Positions 45,440-55,108 of a DNA stretch of 64,000 nucleotides are shown piece by piece. Each line of letters starts with the position of its first letter. Position 1 is the first letter of the stretch. The notes under the pieces were generated by a model that was not told the DNA's origin, searched no databases, and worked only from the letters and a program-made list of their open reading frames with translations. The position numbers were made by a program, and so were the translations under genes. The stretch is taken from the IMG/VR virus record IMGVR_UViG_3300020056_000010. One strand, written 5' to 3'. Origin of the DNA: an uncultured virus (IMG/VR IMGVR_UViG_3300020056_000010) (Duplodnaviria > Heunggongvirae > Uroviricota > Caudoviricetes).

Positions 45440-46133
45440 AACTATCTGGATGTACTGGCACGACGGGTTTGAAAACTCACCAGCAATTACTCAAGAATGT
45501 TTAAAGAGTTGGAAGAAATGGAATCCTGATTATGAAGTGGTTGAATTGAATAATGAAAATTTAAAAGATTATATTGATTATCCAATTGCTCAGCCAAAAT
45601 CGCTAGCAGCAAGATCTGATATTATAAGAATTAATTTACTTAAAGAGCACGGTGGTATCTGGTCAGATGCTACCGTTTTATGTAATAGGCCGTTGAAGGA
45701 ATGGGTGCATATGTATGATAAACAAGGATTCTGGGCCTTCTCAGATCCTACACCAGCCAATATGATATGCAGTTGGTTTCTCGTAGGTGATAAAGATAAC
45801 CATATAGTTAAAACCTTCTGTGATGAAGTCAATAAATATTGGGACAACGGTAGACAAAAGCCAGATGTGTATCTTTGGTTTCATGGTATATTCGATCATC
45901 TATTTCATGTTGATCCGATATTTAAAGATCAATGGGTACTAGCTTCTAAGTATAAAGCTAACTGGCAGCCAATGGCAAAGGATGGAACAAATCCACATTA
46001 CTTTGCACCTTATATAAAGGAAAGATTAGATCAACTACCATTTAAAGACATGACGGCTCCTCTTTACAAATTAACAAGAGGCCAGTCTAATATGTTAATG
46101 AACAACAAACTGATAAAGGGATTATTGATATGA
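45432..46133 (+). CDS. Capsular-polysaccharide synthesis glycosyltransferase (GT32-like)
   Basis: IWMYW.DG, SDIIR..LL..HGGIW.DA. Confidence 0.85.
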   Translation: MNKTIWMYWHDGFENSPAITQECLKSWKKWNPDYEVVELNNENLKDYIDYPIAQPKSLAARSDIIRINLLKEHGGIWSDATVLCNRPLKEWVHMYDKQGFWAFSDPTPANMICSWFLVGDKDNHIVKTFCDEVNKYWDNGRQKPDVYLWFHGIFDHLFHVDPIFKDQWVLASKYKANWQPMAKDGTNPHYFAPYIKERLDQLPFKDMTAPLYKLTRGQSNMLMNNKLIKGLLI

Positions 46134-46852
46134 AGGTTGAAAAGACCTATATTGTGAGAATTGACACCGAGATGTCAAAACGTTACGCAGCAGATACTGC
46201 AAAGTCGTGTGACAATCTCGGTATTGAATGGGAATATTATGATGGCTATAACGTAAGAACTGGCCAGCAAGAAATCTATCAATGGCAAAACTTTGCAGAG
46301 ACTGCAGGAGTTAGAGTTGAAAAAGTAAAACGCATGCAGCCAGGCGCTGCCGGTTGCACTATGAGCCATCTTGCTTTGTGGAAAAAGATTGCTGATAATC
46401 ATGAATGTGCTGTAATCTTAGAACATGATGCTATAATGCTTCATCCATTGACATTGGATATTCCAGATGGTAAGATTATCCATATGGGTTATAAGTATCC
46501 AGACTATGAAAAATATAATGCGAAGGTAGCTGGTCCTCCCAAACGTATTGTTGATATGGCGTTTGCTCCTGGTTCTCATGCCTATGCACTTACTTGGAGA
46601 ACTGCTCAGAAACTCGTACAAGATTGTGAGAGGGAAGGTATTACAGAAGCAATTGATAATCGACACTTTATGCATACAAGAGCAAACTATACAAAGGTTC
46701 CTATTGCTATGACTGATCCAATTTGTGCTATGGGATGGCTAAGAGATTCTACTATCTGGGGTAGAAGTGCAATTCACAACAACACTGGTCAAATGTTAGA
46801 ATCATTCAAGACCAACTTTGCGGCATCGGTAATGCCTCATGATTATAAATAG
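46130..46852 (+). CDS. Glycosyltransferase family 25-like
   Basis: GCTMSHL.LW, ILEHDA, G.HAY.L. Confidence 0.8.
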   Translation: MKVEKTYIVRIDTEMSKRYAADTAKSCDNLGIEWEYYDGYNVRTGQQEIYQWQNFAETAGVRVEKVKRMQPGAAGCTMSHLALWKKIADNHECAVILEHDAIMLHPLTLDIPDGKIIHMGYKYPDYEKYNAKVAGPPKRIVDMAFAPGSHAYALTWRTAQKLVQDCEREGITEAIDNRHFMHTRANYTKVPIAMTDPICAMGWLRDSTIWGRSAIHNNTGQMLESFKTNFAASVMPHDYK

Positions 46853-46884
46853 AAAAAAGCTTTACATGAAAACAAGGTAGACTC

Positions 46885-49626
46885 ATGTCTGACAAGGCAA
46901 AAGATAAAAAGAAAAAGGTGAAAGGCTTTAAGGAATTTGATCCTGGCCAATACATCGACGTAGAACCAAGACTAGATGAAGCAAAGAAAGGCACTGCAGT
47001 ATTTGCATGGGGTCGTATGAATCCTATGACTGCAGGTCACGAGAAACTGGTGCAGAAAGTAATCTCAGTTGCTCGTTCAGAAAAAGGCATGCCTCATATC
47101 TTTCTAACACATTCATTTGATAAAAAGAAGAATCCTCTTGCTTATGGCGACAAGATTAGATTTGCTCAGAAAGCATTCGGTCCTATTGTAAAAAAATCAG
47201 ATGCTAAAACAATCTTTCAACTTATGAAGCAACTTGAAAGAAACTTCAATAGAGTTGTATTGATTGCTGGATCAGATAGAGTAAAAGAGTTCGAGTCTGT
47301 CTTAAGCAAATACAACGGCAAAGAATATAATTTCGATGAGATTAAAGTAGTCTCAGCCGGCGCTAGAGATCCAGATGCAGACGACGTCTCAGGTATCTCA
47401 GGTACTAAAATGCGTGAATATGCGGCATCAGATATGAAAAAATTTCAATCCAATTTACCAGCTAAACTCAAAGGCGACGCAGAAGAGATTGCAAAAGCCG
47501 TTAGAAAAGGTATGAACATGTCAGAAGATAACGAATCATTTGAAGGCGAACAACTAGACGAAATCCTAAATCGTCAACAACGCCGTAAGCGTGCATTGCT
47601 CATGAAACGCATGAAACATAAAATCAAGCGTGGACAAGAGAAAGCAAAGCATAGAACTGCTACTATGGAGACTCTGAAGAAGAGAGCACGTAAACAAGCT
47701 ATTATGAATCTAAAGCAAAGATTCTCAAAGAATAGAAGATTCGCTGAGTTATCAGCTGGCGAAAAAGAAGTAATCGAAAAGCGCATTTCAAAGATCTCAA
47801 AGAAAAGAATTGAGATGATGGCTCGTAAACTTCTACCTAAGGTAAAACAAAATGAAAGAGATCGTCGTAAGGCTATGGTTAAAAAAGAGGATGTCGATCT
47901 AAACTCTCGTTTTGAAACATTCATGGAAGATTATTATAAAGGTGTTCCAAAGGATAAGAAAGACGACCGCGAAGCGCACTTTAAAAAGTATGCTGAGAAG
48001 CCAGGTGACAAAGGAGCGGACAAAGATTCTAACTATAAGGATGCACCGGGCGACATTGGTAAAGATGGCGAAAGAGTAAAAACAAAAGTTTCTAAGCATA
48101 CTAAAAAATATCAACAAATGTATGGTGAAGATCTAAACGAGTGGGTATGTGGTGTATGTCATGCCGAGCCATGCATGTGTGAAGGTGATGGCTCAGAGCC
48201 ATTGCATGAAATGTGGGGATCATATGTAACTAAACGTCCTCATATGCTAATGGATAAGAATGGTAAAGTTAAGTTCGACAAACGCTTTAAGATGTATAAA
48301 CAAAAGCCAGACCTTACAGAAGAGTTGGTAAATCTAGTTGAATCTACAGAAGATTTTGCTCTTGAGCTTAATGAAGATCCTACAGCATCATTGAAGAAAA
48401 AAGCTGAGAAGACAGGAATGCCAATGGATGTTCTTCGTCAAGTTTACAACCGTGGTGTAGCAGCTTGGAAATCGGGCCATCGTCCTGGTACAACTCCAGA
48501 GCAATGGGGACATGCTCGTGTAAACTCATTTGTAACTAAGTCATCTGGTACATGGGGCAAGGCTGACTCTGACTTAGCAGCTAAGGTTCGTGGTTCTAAG
48601 AAAGAAGAAGTAGAACAAGTTGATGAAGTACTAGATACTCCAAAGGCAATGGATAGTTATAGAAATAAAGCAAAGGCCAGCAAAGATAGAGCAACTAATT
48701 CTGCAGTTGCAAATATTCTACGCAAAGGCGATCATTCATCAGATCTAAAAACAATGTCTAAGCGTGAAAAAGGTTTGAAGATGGCTGATCGTAACGCTAC
48801 TAAGAAAACATTTAAAGCTTTACGTGGTGCTAAGACAGAAGATTTTGATTCAGAACATGCTCATCATTCTCAAGGATTGAAAGATGCTCATGCAGATATG
48901 TCTCGTGCAAGAACACATGACGATATGATTAAAGCTATGAATAAGAAAGCTCGCCATGAAAGAGCTTTAAGCAAAATGAATCGCATGAAAGAAGAAGTAG
49001 AACTAGATGAAGCCGAAATGAGCCTATATGATAAAATAAAGGCAGCAAGAGCAAACCCATCGCCAGACAAGCCTGTAAGAGGTCGTGGATCAAAAAATCG
49101 TAATCCAAAAACTTATGACCCACGCAAAGCACTAGATAAAGAAGATGATCGTATTCAAGGTATGGTAAAGAAAAAATTGAAAAAAGAAGAAGTAGAAATC
49201 GAAGAATCAACTTCTGTAGAACAAATTGATGAGAAGGCACCAAAAATTGGTGTTGATAGCGTAGCACAACAACGTAAGATGGATGCTGCCCATGCAAAAG
49301 CTATGGGACGCTCAGTAAGAACGGGACGTAAGCTTCCAAAGAAATCAATGACATCTACTCAAAAGTCTTTAGCTTCAATGAGCGAAACTGTTTCTGAAGA
49401 AGAAACTCTAGCAACTAATGCTAATAAAGAATTGCAAGATCGTGAAAAGAAAGAAAAGATCGTAAAGCGTTCTAAAAGAGAAATGAAAAAGAAAGACGAT
49501 GCTGAGATTGAATCAAAGGCACGTCGTGATGGTGGTCCAGCTGATGTATCAGAAGAAGGTGGCGCAGGCGACCAAGGTACTGATAAATTGGTGAACAAAT
49601 ATAAAAAGGATACACCAAATTGTTAA
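46885..49626 (+). CDS. Cytidylyltransferase-like domain fused to a multidomain putative internal polyprotein
   Basis: GRMNP.TAGH, GSDR, ISGTKMR; L.QVYNRG.AAW..GHRPG domain; repeated (L/I/V)xE linkers. Confidence 0.75.
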   Translation: MSDKAKDKKKKVKGFKEFDPGQYIDVEPRLDEAKKGTAVFAWGRMNPMTAGHEKLVQKVISVARSEKGMPHIFLTHSFDKKKNPLAYGDKIRFAQKAFGPIVKKSDAKTIFQLMKQLERNFNRVVLIAGSDRVKEFESVLSKYNGKEYNFDEIKVVSAGARDPDADDVSGISGTKMREYAASDMKKFQSNLPAKLKGDAEEIAKAVRKGMNMSEDNESFEGEQLDEILNRQQRRKRALLMKRMKHKIKRGQEKAKHRTATMETLKKRARKQAIMNLKQRFSKNRRFAELSAGEKEVIEKRISKISKKRIEMMARKLLPKVKQNERDRRKAMVKKEDVDLNSRFETFMEDYYKGVPKDKKDDREAHFKKYAEKPGDKGADKDSNYKDAPGDIGKDGERVKTKVSKHTKKYQQMYGEDLNEWVCGVCHAEPCMCEGDGSEPLHEMWGSYVTKRPHMLMDKNGKVKFDKRFKMYKQKPDLTEELVNLVESTEDFALELNEDPTASLKKKAEKTGMPMDVLRQVYNRGVAAWKSGHRPGTTPEQWGHARVNSFVTKSSGTWGKADSDLAAKVRGSKKEEVEQVDEVLDTPKAMDSYRNKAKASKDRATNSAVANILRKGDHSSDLKTMSKREKGLKMADRNATKKTFKALRGAKTEDFDSEHAHHSQGLKDAHADMSRARTHDDMIKAMNKKARHERALSKMNRMKEEVELDEAEMSLYDKIKAARANPSPDKPVRGRGSKNRNPKTYDPRKALDKEDDRIQGMVKKKLKKEEVEIEESTSVEQIDEKAPKIGVDSVAQQRKMDAAHAKAMGRSVRTGRKLPKKSMTSTQKSLASMSETVSEEETLATNANKELQDREKKEKIVKRSKREMKKKDDAEIESKARRDGGPADVSEEGGAGDQGTDKLVNKYKKDTPNC

Positions 49627-49913
49627 GATTTACTCAGTATCTTGCTGAAGGTATCAAGCTTAAATTGATCCGAGGCAAAGATCAAGATGTACTTAAGATG
49701 TGGGATACGAAGGAAAAGAGTTGGGTCGAGCTGAGAGGTAAACCCGGTTTTGAAAGAAAATACGACGCCAAAGATCCGTTACATAAAGCAATTGCTGCTT
49801 TGGGGAAGTCTGCTAATATATCTGACTTCGTAAATGGAGATGAGGTAAGTATTAATCCAAACCATCCTGATGGTAAGAAGGCACTAAAAACAATAAAAGG
49901 TCTGATGAAATGA
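49620..49913 (+). CDS. Putative internal head protein
   Basis: MLRFTQYLAE N-terminus. Confidence 0.6.
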   Translation: MLRFTQYLAEGIKLKLIRGKDQDVLKMWDTKEKSWVELRGKPGFERKYDAKDPLHKAIAALGKSANISDFVNGDEVSINPNHPDGKKALKTIKGLMK

Positions 49914-50155
49914 TTAGTTTTAAACAGTTTTTAGAAGAAGGCACACTAGATGAAGGCTCCGAATCATGGGAAGCCGGATATAAAAGACGTGTCGTAAAAA
50001 CTACAAAACCTGAGCATAAAGCAAAAGGACACAATTGGCGTATCAAAGGTAAAGATCGTCCTGAGATCTCAATTAAGCTTTATAAAGAAAAACCTTCACA
50101 GGCTGAGTTTAATAAACAGATGCGCAGAGTAGCGGGGCACGAGTTCGGTGGATAG
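49910..50155 (+). CDS. Putative internal head protein
   Basis: MISFKQFLEE N-terminus. Confidence 0.6.
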   Translation: MISFKQFLEEGTLDEGSESWEAGYKRRVVKTTKPEHKAKGHNWRIKGKDRPEISIKLYKEKPSQAEFNKQMRRVAGHEFGG

Positions 50156-50504
50156 ATTTAGTAAATATACAGAAGATCGTATCGATGCTATTTGCGAAGA
50201 GTGCGATCTATATGAAGATCTAGAGATTACAGAGTCAGAGTTTGAAGGAAAGAAAGTCAAACTCAATGATCCTATTCGTACTTCTGAGAACCCTAATAAG
50301 AAATTTAAGGTTTACGTTAAGAACGACAAAGGTAACGTTGTGGTAGTTCGCTTCGGCGATCCAAACATGGAGATCAAAAGAGATGATCCTGCTAGACGTA
50401 AAAGCTTTAGAGCTCGACACGGTTGTGACAATCCTGGCCCTAAGTGGAAAGCCAAGTATTGGTCATGTTACCAGTGGAGAGCCGGCGCAAGTGTCGATAA
50501 CTAA
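50148..50504 (+). CDS. Conserved basic viral protein (DUF6321-like)
   Basis: VRFGDPNM.IK...P.RRKSFRARH.C....YWSC. Confidence 0.7.
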   Translation: MDRFSKYTEDRIDAICEECDLYEDLEITESEFEGKKVKLNDPIRTSENPNKKFKVYVKNDKGNVVVVRFGDPNMEIKRDDPARRKSFRARHGCDNPGPKWKAKYWSCYQWRAGASVDN

Positions 50505-50536
50505 TAAATATCAATAAAACTACAAAGGGTAAACCT

Positions 50537-51265
50537 ATGAGACGTTTCAAAAATCATATTGAGCTTGACAAAGGTATGAAAGAAGAAGTTGAACTAAATG
50601 AAGCTTCTTTTTCTGCTGATGTTACTTCTGAACCAGGACCTTTAAAAAGATATGTTAACACTGCTTTGAAAAAAGGCTTAAAAACTAAAGTAGTTAGACA
50701 CGGTGGTGCAACTGAAGTTATTTTAACTGGTGATAGAGATGTTATTACCAAGTTTTTGAAAAGTCAAAGATTTTCTGCTAAAGAAATCGAGCGCGGCTTT
50801 GCTAAAATGTCAGAAGCTTACAGACCTCCTACAGCAGCTGAAATCAAAAAAGATAAAGAGCGTGAAAACGCTGGCAAAAAACGTCCAAGTATGGATCATA
50901 AATCTGTATCTAATAAGCTGTATGTAAACATGCGTCCAAAGCTTAAAGAAGAAGAAATTGCAGAAGCTATTAAGGCTTATTGCTTAGAAGAAAACATTTC
51001 TGCCGACGATTTGGCTGATATGAACGAAGAACAACTTGATGAAATCATCGGTAAAGTTGTAGGTGGCGCTGTTAAGATGGCAGCAAAAGGTGCTTATAGA
51101 GCAGCTGTGAATAAGCAAGGTAATTTTAGATTATCTAGTGCAGGCAGAGCAGATAGAGCTGAAAAAAGAGCTGCTGCTATGGAAAAGAAAAATAAAGATC
51201 GTGAACGCATTAGAGCAGCTCAAAAGAGATTACAAGCTGCTAAGCAAAAAGCACGACAAAAATAA
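50537..51265 (+). CDS. Putative internal head polyprotein
   Basis: MRRFKNHIE, EEVELNE, EEQLDE. Confidence 0.6.
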   Translation: MRRFKNHIELDKGMKEEVELNEASFSADVTSEPGPLKRYVNTALKKGLKTKVVRHGGATEVILTGDRDVITKFLKSQRFSAKEIERGFAKMSEAYRPPTAAEIKKDKERENAGKKRPSMDHKSVSNKLYVNMRPKLKEEEIAEAIKAYCLEENISADDLADMNEEQLDEIIGKVVGGAVKMAAKGAYRAAVNKQGNFRLSSAGRADRAEKRAAAMEKKNKDRERIRAAQKRLQAAKQKARQK

Positions 51266-51300
51266 TAAATAAACCATAAGAGCTTATAAGGAGAACAAAA

Positions 51301-51618
51301 ATGGCATCTTGGGGTAAAACTGACAGCGCAGCGGACGCACCAAAGTATTTGGAAGACGATGCGAACAACACTAACAAGTCACATGACAAAGACAACGCAA
51401 TCTTTGTAGACTTGACAGAGGCAGGAGTAGCAGCTAACCGTGCAAAAGGTATTAAAACACCTGGTTGGAACCTGTATAATACTTACACAACAGCTGACGG
51501 CCGTACACGTCACATTGTAGAACCATTGGTAACAATGAAAGTTTCTGCAACTGACGCAGGCGACGCTGGTGTAACAGGTAATACAGCGGTTGAAGATACT
51601 ATCGTGGCTGACAGCTAA
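51301..51618 (+). CDS. Conserved T4-like virion protein
   Basis: M.SWG..D...PK, G...PGW, R...E.LV; AATAAATA upstream. Confidence 0.7.
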   Translation: MASWGKTDSAADAPKYLEDDANNTNKSHDKDNAIFVDLTEAGVAANRAKGIKTPGWNLYNTYTTADGRTRHIVEPLVTMKVSATDAGDAGVTGNTAVEDTIVADS

Positions 51619-51635
51619 TACTTGGTTGATATAGA

Positions 51636-52010
51636 ATGAAATTGACAGAATCAACCTTTCTGTTATTTGCTTCCAAATATTATGATAATCCTCACTGCTC
51701 TGATATTGTAGAGTTTGAGGAAGATCTGAAAAGATTTCAATATTTGCGCAAACTATTTGGAAGGTATAGACAAGATAATGATTTAAAAGAAAGGTTGATT
51801 CTAAACCACTTAATAATCATTTATAATGTATTTGGACATGAAGCTACTAATATGTTGTTTATGAAGCTTCACGAGTATCATGAATATTTAAAACCATTCG
51901 TTGAGTATTTAAATTTTATGCCTCGTGAAATTATCTACGACGATATTCGTATTCATAAAGATAATATTAAGAGCGATCAAATAATCAAGGATAAACTCGA
52001 AGGAATCTGA
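51636..52010 (+). CDS. Conserved T4-like hypothetical protein
   Basis: YDNP.C...EF.EDL.RF.Y, ERLILNH.I..YNVF. Confidence 0.8.
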   Translation: MKLTESTFLLFASKYYDNPHCSDIVEFEEDLKRFQYLRKLFGRYRQDNDLKERLILNHLIIIYNVFGHEATNMLFMKLHEYHEYLKPFVEYLNFMPREIIYDDIRIHKDNIKSDQIIKDKLEGI

Positions 52011-52013
52011 CCT

Positions 52014-53264
52014 ATGGTCGTTGACTTATTTTTAGTATACCAATTCATACGACGTCTCGCCACACCGTTTGATAAGTGGGATGCGTATAAGGAAGGTATC
52101 ATTGACGATAAAGGTAAAGTCCTAATTAAAAAGAAAGACTTTACTAATAGCCGCCAGCGTAAAGCTTGGGGGATCTTTGATATTATGATTGCAAATCTTA
52201 AGAAGATTCTCGGTAAAGTTCCAGGCGGACAATCTCGTCTTGCTTCATACGCTGCAGCACTCTTTCTAATTAAAGAATACAAAGCATTTACTGATGAGTC
52301 TATGCTTACAGAAGATCTTACTGAAGAAGATCTAGAAGAATCATTACTATTATTTAATGACCGATATGTCAATTATATCACAGAAGAAAGCGATGTCAAG
52401 GATTTATTGATAGAAAAGCTTAAAAAGTCTGATGATATGGGTACATGGATTAAAGATTTCTATGACTCAGATGCTCCTCAATTCAAAGGCAAATCAAAAG
52501 AAAAACGTCGTAAGATGGCGGTTGCTGCAAAGCTAGCTGCTATGGATGAAGAGATCCATCCAGATGTAGTAAAAGCTTATAAGAAAACTCGAGACGCTGA
52601 GCATAAGCACGGAGAGTATAGCACAACTGCTACTAAGAGAGCTGTTACAAGAACTGCAAATACTTTATCTAAAAAGATTAAACAGCATCATCCAGGTCTT
52701 GATATGCAAGGTAATATTAAGCTTCGCACTCAATTGCAAAATATGAAAGAAGAAGCAGATTTAGATGAACTATCAATGTCACTTAAAGATATTCAAAAAA
52801 CTGGCCTTAATAAAAAAGCATACGGCACTGATAAAGATAAGCTAAAGAAAGATCTTGAAAGACTTAGAAAAGGTTTGAAGAAAGAAAGTCTTGAAGAAGC
52901 TGCCGCACCTCGCTGGAAACGTGCAGGCCCTAACGGCGAGATTCAAGCTACCGTCAATGGTAAGAAATATCAAATTGAAAAATCATTAGATCATAACGAG
53001 CGCCATAGAGGCGAGTGGAAAGTTATGGTGTGGGACAAGCGCAGAAGCAGCTGGGAATGGGAAACAACTGAATACGGTAAAGCCAATGCTAAGGCATGGA
53101 TTATGGATAGATTACAAGAAGAGCCTGCAAACAATGTAAGTTCTGGTAATATTGCAGGTATGGACGGATCTGCATTTTCTAAGGAAGCGCAAAAGCGCTG
53201 GACATCACAAAATAAATCATCTAAAAAGAAAAGACTGAGAGATATAATGGGAGATCGTAAATGA
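52014..53264 (+). CDS. Conserved T4-like protein with polyprotein-like extension
   Basis: YQFIRRL.TPF.KW.AYK.GIID.KG followed by LxE-linked modules. Confidence 0.7.
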   Translation: MVVDLFLVYQFIRRLATPFDKWDAYKEGIIDDKGKVLIKKKDFTNSRQRKAWGIFDIMIANLKKILGKVPGGQSRLASYAAALFLIKEYKAFTDESMLTEDLTEEDLEESLLLFNDRYVNYITEESDVKDLLIEKLKKSDDMGTWIKDFYDSDAPQFKGKSKEKRRKMAVAAKLAAMDEEIHPDVVKAYKKTRDAEHKHGEYSTTATKRAVTRTANTLSKKIKQHHPGLDMQGNIKLRTQLQNMKEEADLDELSMSLKDIQKTGLNKKAYGTDKDKLKKDLERLRKGLKKESLEEAAAPRWKRAGPNGEIQATVNGKKYQIEKSLDHNERHRGEWKVMVWDKRRSSWEWETTEYGKANAKAWIMDRLQEEPANNVSSGNIAGMDGSAFSKEAQKRWTSQNKSSKKKRLRDIMGDRK

Positions 53265-54118
53265 TTACTTTAGAACAATTCAGTGCTATGATTCCTAAAA
53301 ATAAAGATCCTGAATCATGGTACGAAGCTGCAACTGAACTATTTGAAGCTTATGAAATTAATACACCAAACCGTATTGCTGGTTTTATGGCACAGTGTGC
53401 TCATGAATCACTTGACTTTACTCGGTTGGAAGAAAACCTTAATTATAGCGAAAAGGCATTGAACTCAGTGTTTGGTCGTTACTTTGGCGCGGGGAAAAGA
53501 GATGCTAAAGATTATGCAAGGAATCCAGAGAAGATTGCGAACTATGTTTACCAAGATGAATTCAGAAGTAAGCGAGGAGCAATGGGTAATGTTCATGACG
53601 GCGATGGGTGGCTCTTCAGGGGCCGTGGAATCAAGCAGCTTACTGGCCGCAACAATTACACAGCGTTTGGCAAAACAGTCGGAATGTCAGCAGAAGAAGC
53701 AGCAGAATATGTAGCAACACCTAAAGGTGCTATCGAATCTGCATGTTGGTTCTGGAAAACAAATAAACTTGAAAAATGGGCCGATAAGGGTGACAATGTA
53801 GGGTTGACAAAAAAGATTAATGGTGGTACTATAGGATTAGATGATAGAAATCGTCGTTGGGAAGAAGCATTGGCTATTCTTGGAGGTGAAGTACCAGCAC
53901 CGGCACCAAAGGCTGCACCTAAGGCAGCAGGTAGCCGTACATTGCGCAAAGGCATGCAGGGTGATGACGTTAAGCGCATGCAAGAAGTTCTTGGTATTGC
54001 TGCAGATGGAGACTTTGGTTTCGGCACATTGACAGCAGTAAAGAAATGGCAGAAGCTAAATGGTCTTGCAGCAGATGGGATCGTAGGTCCTGCAACACAA
54101 GCCAAGATGTTTGGATGA
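53261..54118 (+). CDS. Endolysin: GH19 domain plus C-terminal peptidoglycan-binding domain
   Basis: AQ.AHES, RGRG.KQLTGR.NY, INGG..GL.DR, DG.VGP.T. Confidence 0.9.
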   Translation: MITLEQFSAMIPKNKDPESWYEAATELFEAYEINTPNRIAGFMAQCAHESLDFTRLEENLNYSEKALNSVFGRYFGAGKRDAKDYARNPEKIANYVYQDEFRSKRGAMGNVHDGDGWLFRGRGIKQLTGRNNYTAFGKTVGMSAEEAAEYVATPKGAIESACWFWKTNKLEKWADKGDNVGLTKKINGGTIGLDDRNRRWEEALAILGGEVPAPAPKAAPKAAGSRTLRKGMQGDDVKRMQEVLGIAADGDFGFGTLTAVKKWQKLNGLAADGIVGPATQAKMFG

Positions 54119-54156
54119 ATAAATAGATAAACAAATCACTAAAAAGGAGAGCTACT

Positions 54157-54360
54157 ATGGCTTTGGAAGATATTGTAAAAGCGGCTATGGAAAGAGAGCC
54201 ACTTAAAATTAAAGAAGCGTTTGAGTCTGAAATGGAAACTCGCATCATGGCTGCTTTGGAAGAAAAGTACAAAACTGCTCTGAAAGAAGCAGATGAAGAT
54301 GAGGATGAAGACGACGACGAAGATGATGAAGACGAAGATGAGGATGAGGACGACGACTAA
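54157..54360 (+). CDS. gp67-like acidic prohead core protein
   Basis: Short helical N-part with a D/E tail, the same layout as T4 gp67; late promoter upstream. Confidence 0.55.
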   Translation: MALEDIVKAAMEREPLKIKEAFESEMETRIMAALEEKYKTALKEADEDEDEDDDEDDEDEDEDEDDD

Positions 54361-54375
54361 GTCTCCTTACAAACA

Positions 54376-54879
54376 TTGATGTTTGCATCGATTAAAATTG
54401 CTATCGTAGTAGTGGTGCTAGCCACCGGCGGTGTTGGATATATGTATGTCCAAAAGTTACAATCAGATTTAGAAACTGCACGCGCAAATGTTGCTAAAAT
54501 GGAAGTAGCTGTACAAACTGCCGAGGCTAGCATTGCTACGTTAAGAGCAGATCAAGCACAAATGCAACAATTAAATCAGACTCTGCAAGCCGATTTGCAG
54601 AAAGCAGAAGCATACGGCGATGATCTTCGTGGTAAACTTCAAAGACATAATTTAACAAACCTAGCTTTAAAAGAGCCAGGTAAACTTGAAGGAAAGATGA
54701 ATGGCGCTACAGCAAAACTTTGGCGCGAGCTTGAGCAAGAAACTGGCGGCGATGGGTCTGACCCTCTTCCTAGCTGGTTGCGCCCTCGGGAGACCGGAAC
54801 CGGAGATACAAGTGGTGACGGAAATCCAGAAGACGACGGTGCCGACAGTAGCTCGACCGAAGCCAATCAATCTGACTGA
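54376..54879 (+). CDS. Inner-membrane spanin (Rz-like)
   Basis: N-terminal TM helix and coiled coil; overlaps a lipoprotein gene. Confidence 0.75.
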   Translation: MMFASIKIAIVVVVLATGGVGYMYVQKLQSDLETARANVAKMEVAVQTAEASIATLRADQAQMQQLNQTLQADLQKAEAYGDDLRGKLQRHNLTNLALKEPGKLEGKMNGATAKLWRELEQETGGDGSDPLPSWLRPRETGTGDTSGDGNPEDDGADSSSTEANQSD

Positions 54880-55084
54880 TACACGATTATACGTAGTTAA
54901 TGAAGATAACTTAGAGGATTTCCTCAAAGAGTTTGAAGAAGTTAACGGCAATCGTGCATTTGTAGCATTTAGTGTGAAAGATTATGAGAACTTAGCTTTA
55001 AACATAGCTGAGATGAGAAGATATATCCAACAGCAAGGCGAAATAATTGTATACTATGAAGGGGCTGTTACTAAGCCGGAATAA
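54701..55084 (+). CDS. Outer-membrane spanin (Rz1-like lipoprotein)
   Basis: LAGC lipobox; overlaps the i-spanin in a shifted frame. Confidence 0.75.
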   Translation: MALQQNFGASLSKKLAAMGLTLFLAGCALGRPEPEIQVVTEIQKTTVPTVARPKPINLTDTRLYVVNEDNLEDFLKEFEEVNGNRAFVAFSVKDYENLALNIAEMRRYIQQQGEIIVYYEGAVTKPE

Positions 55085-55108
55085 ATATTCCAAAGTATAC
55101 AAGAGGAC

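Noticed and set aside
54290..54357. GAY/GAR repeat as a DNA repeat element
   Set aside because: It simply encodes the Asp/Glu tail.
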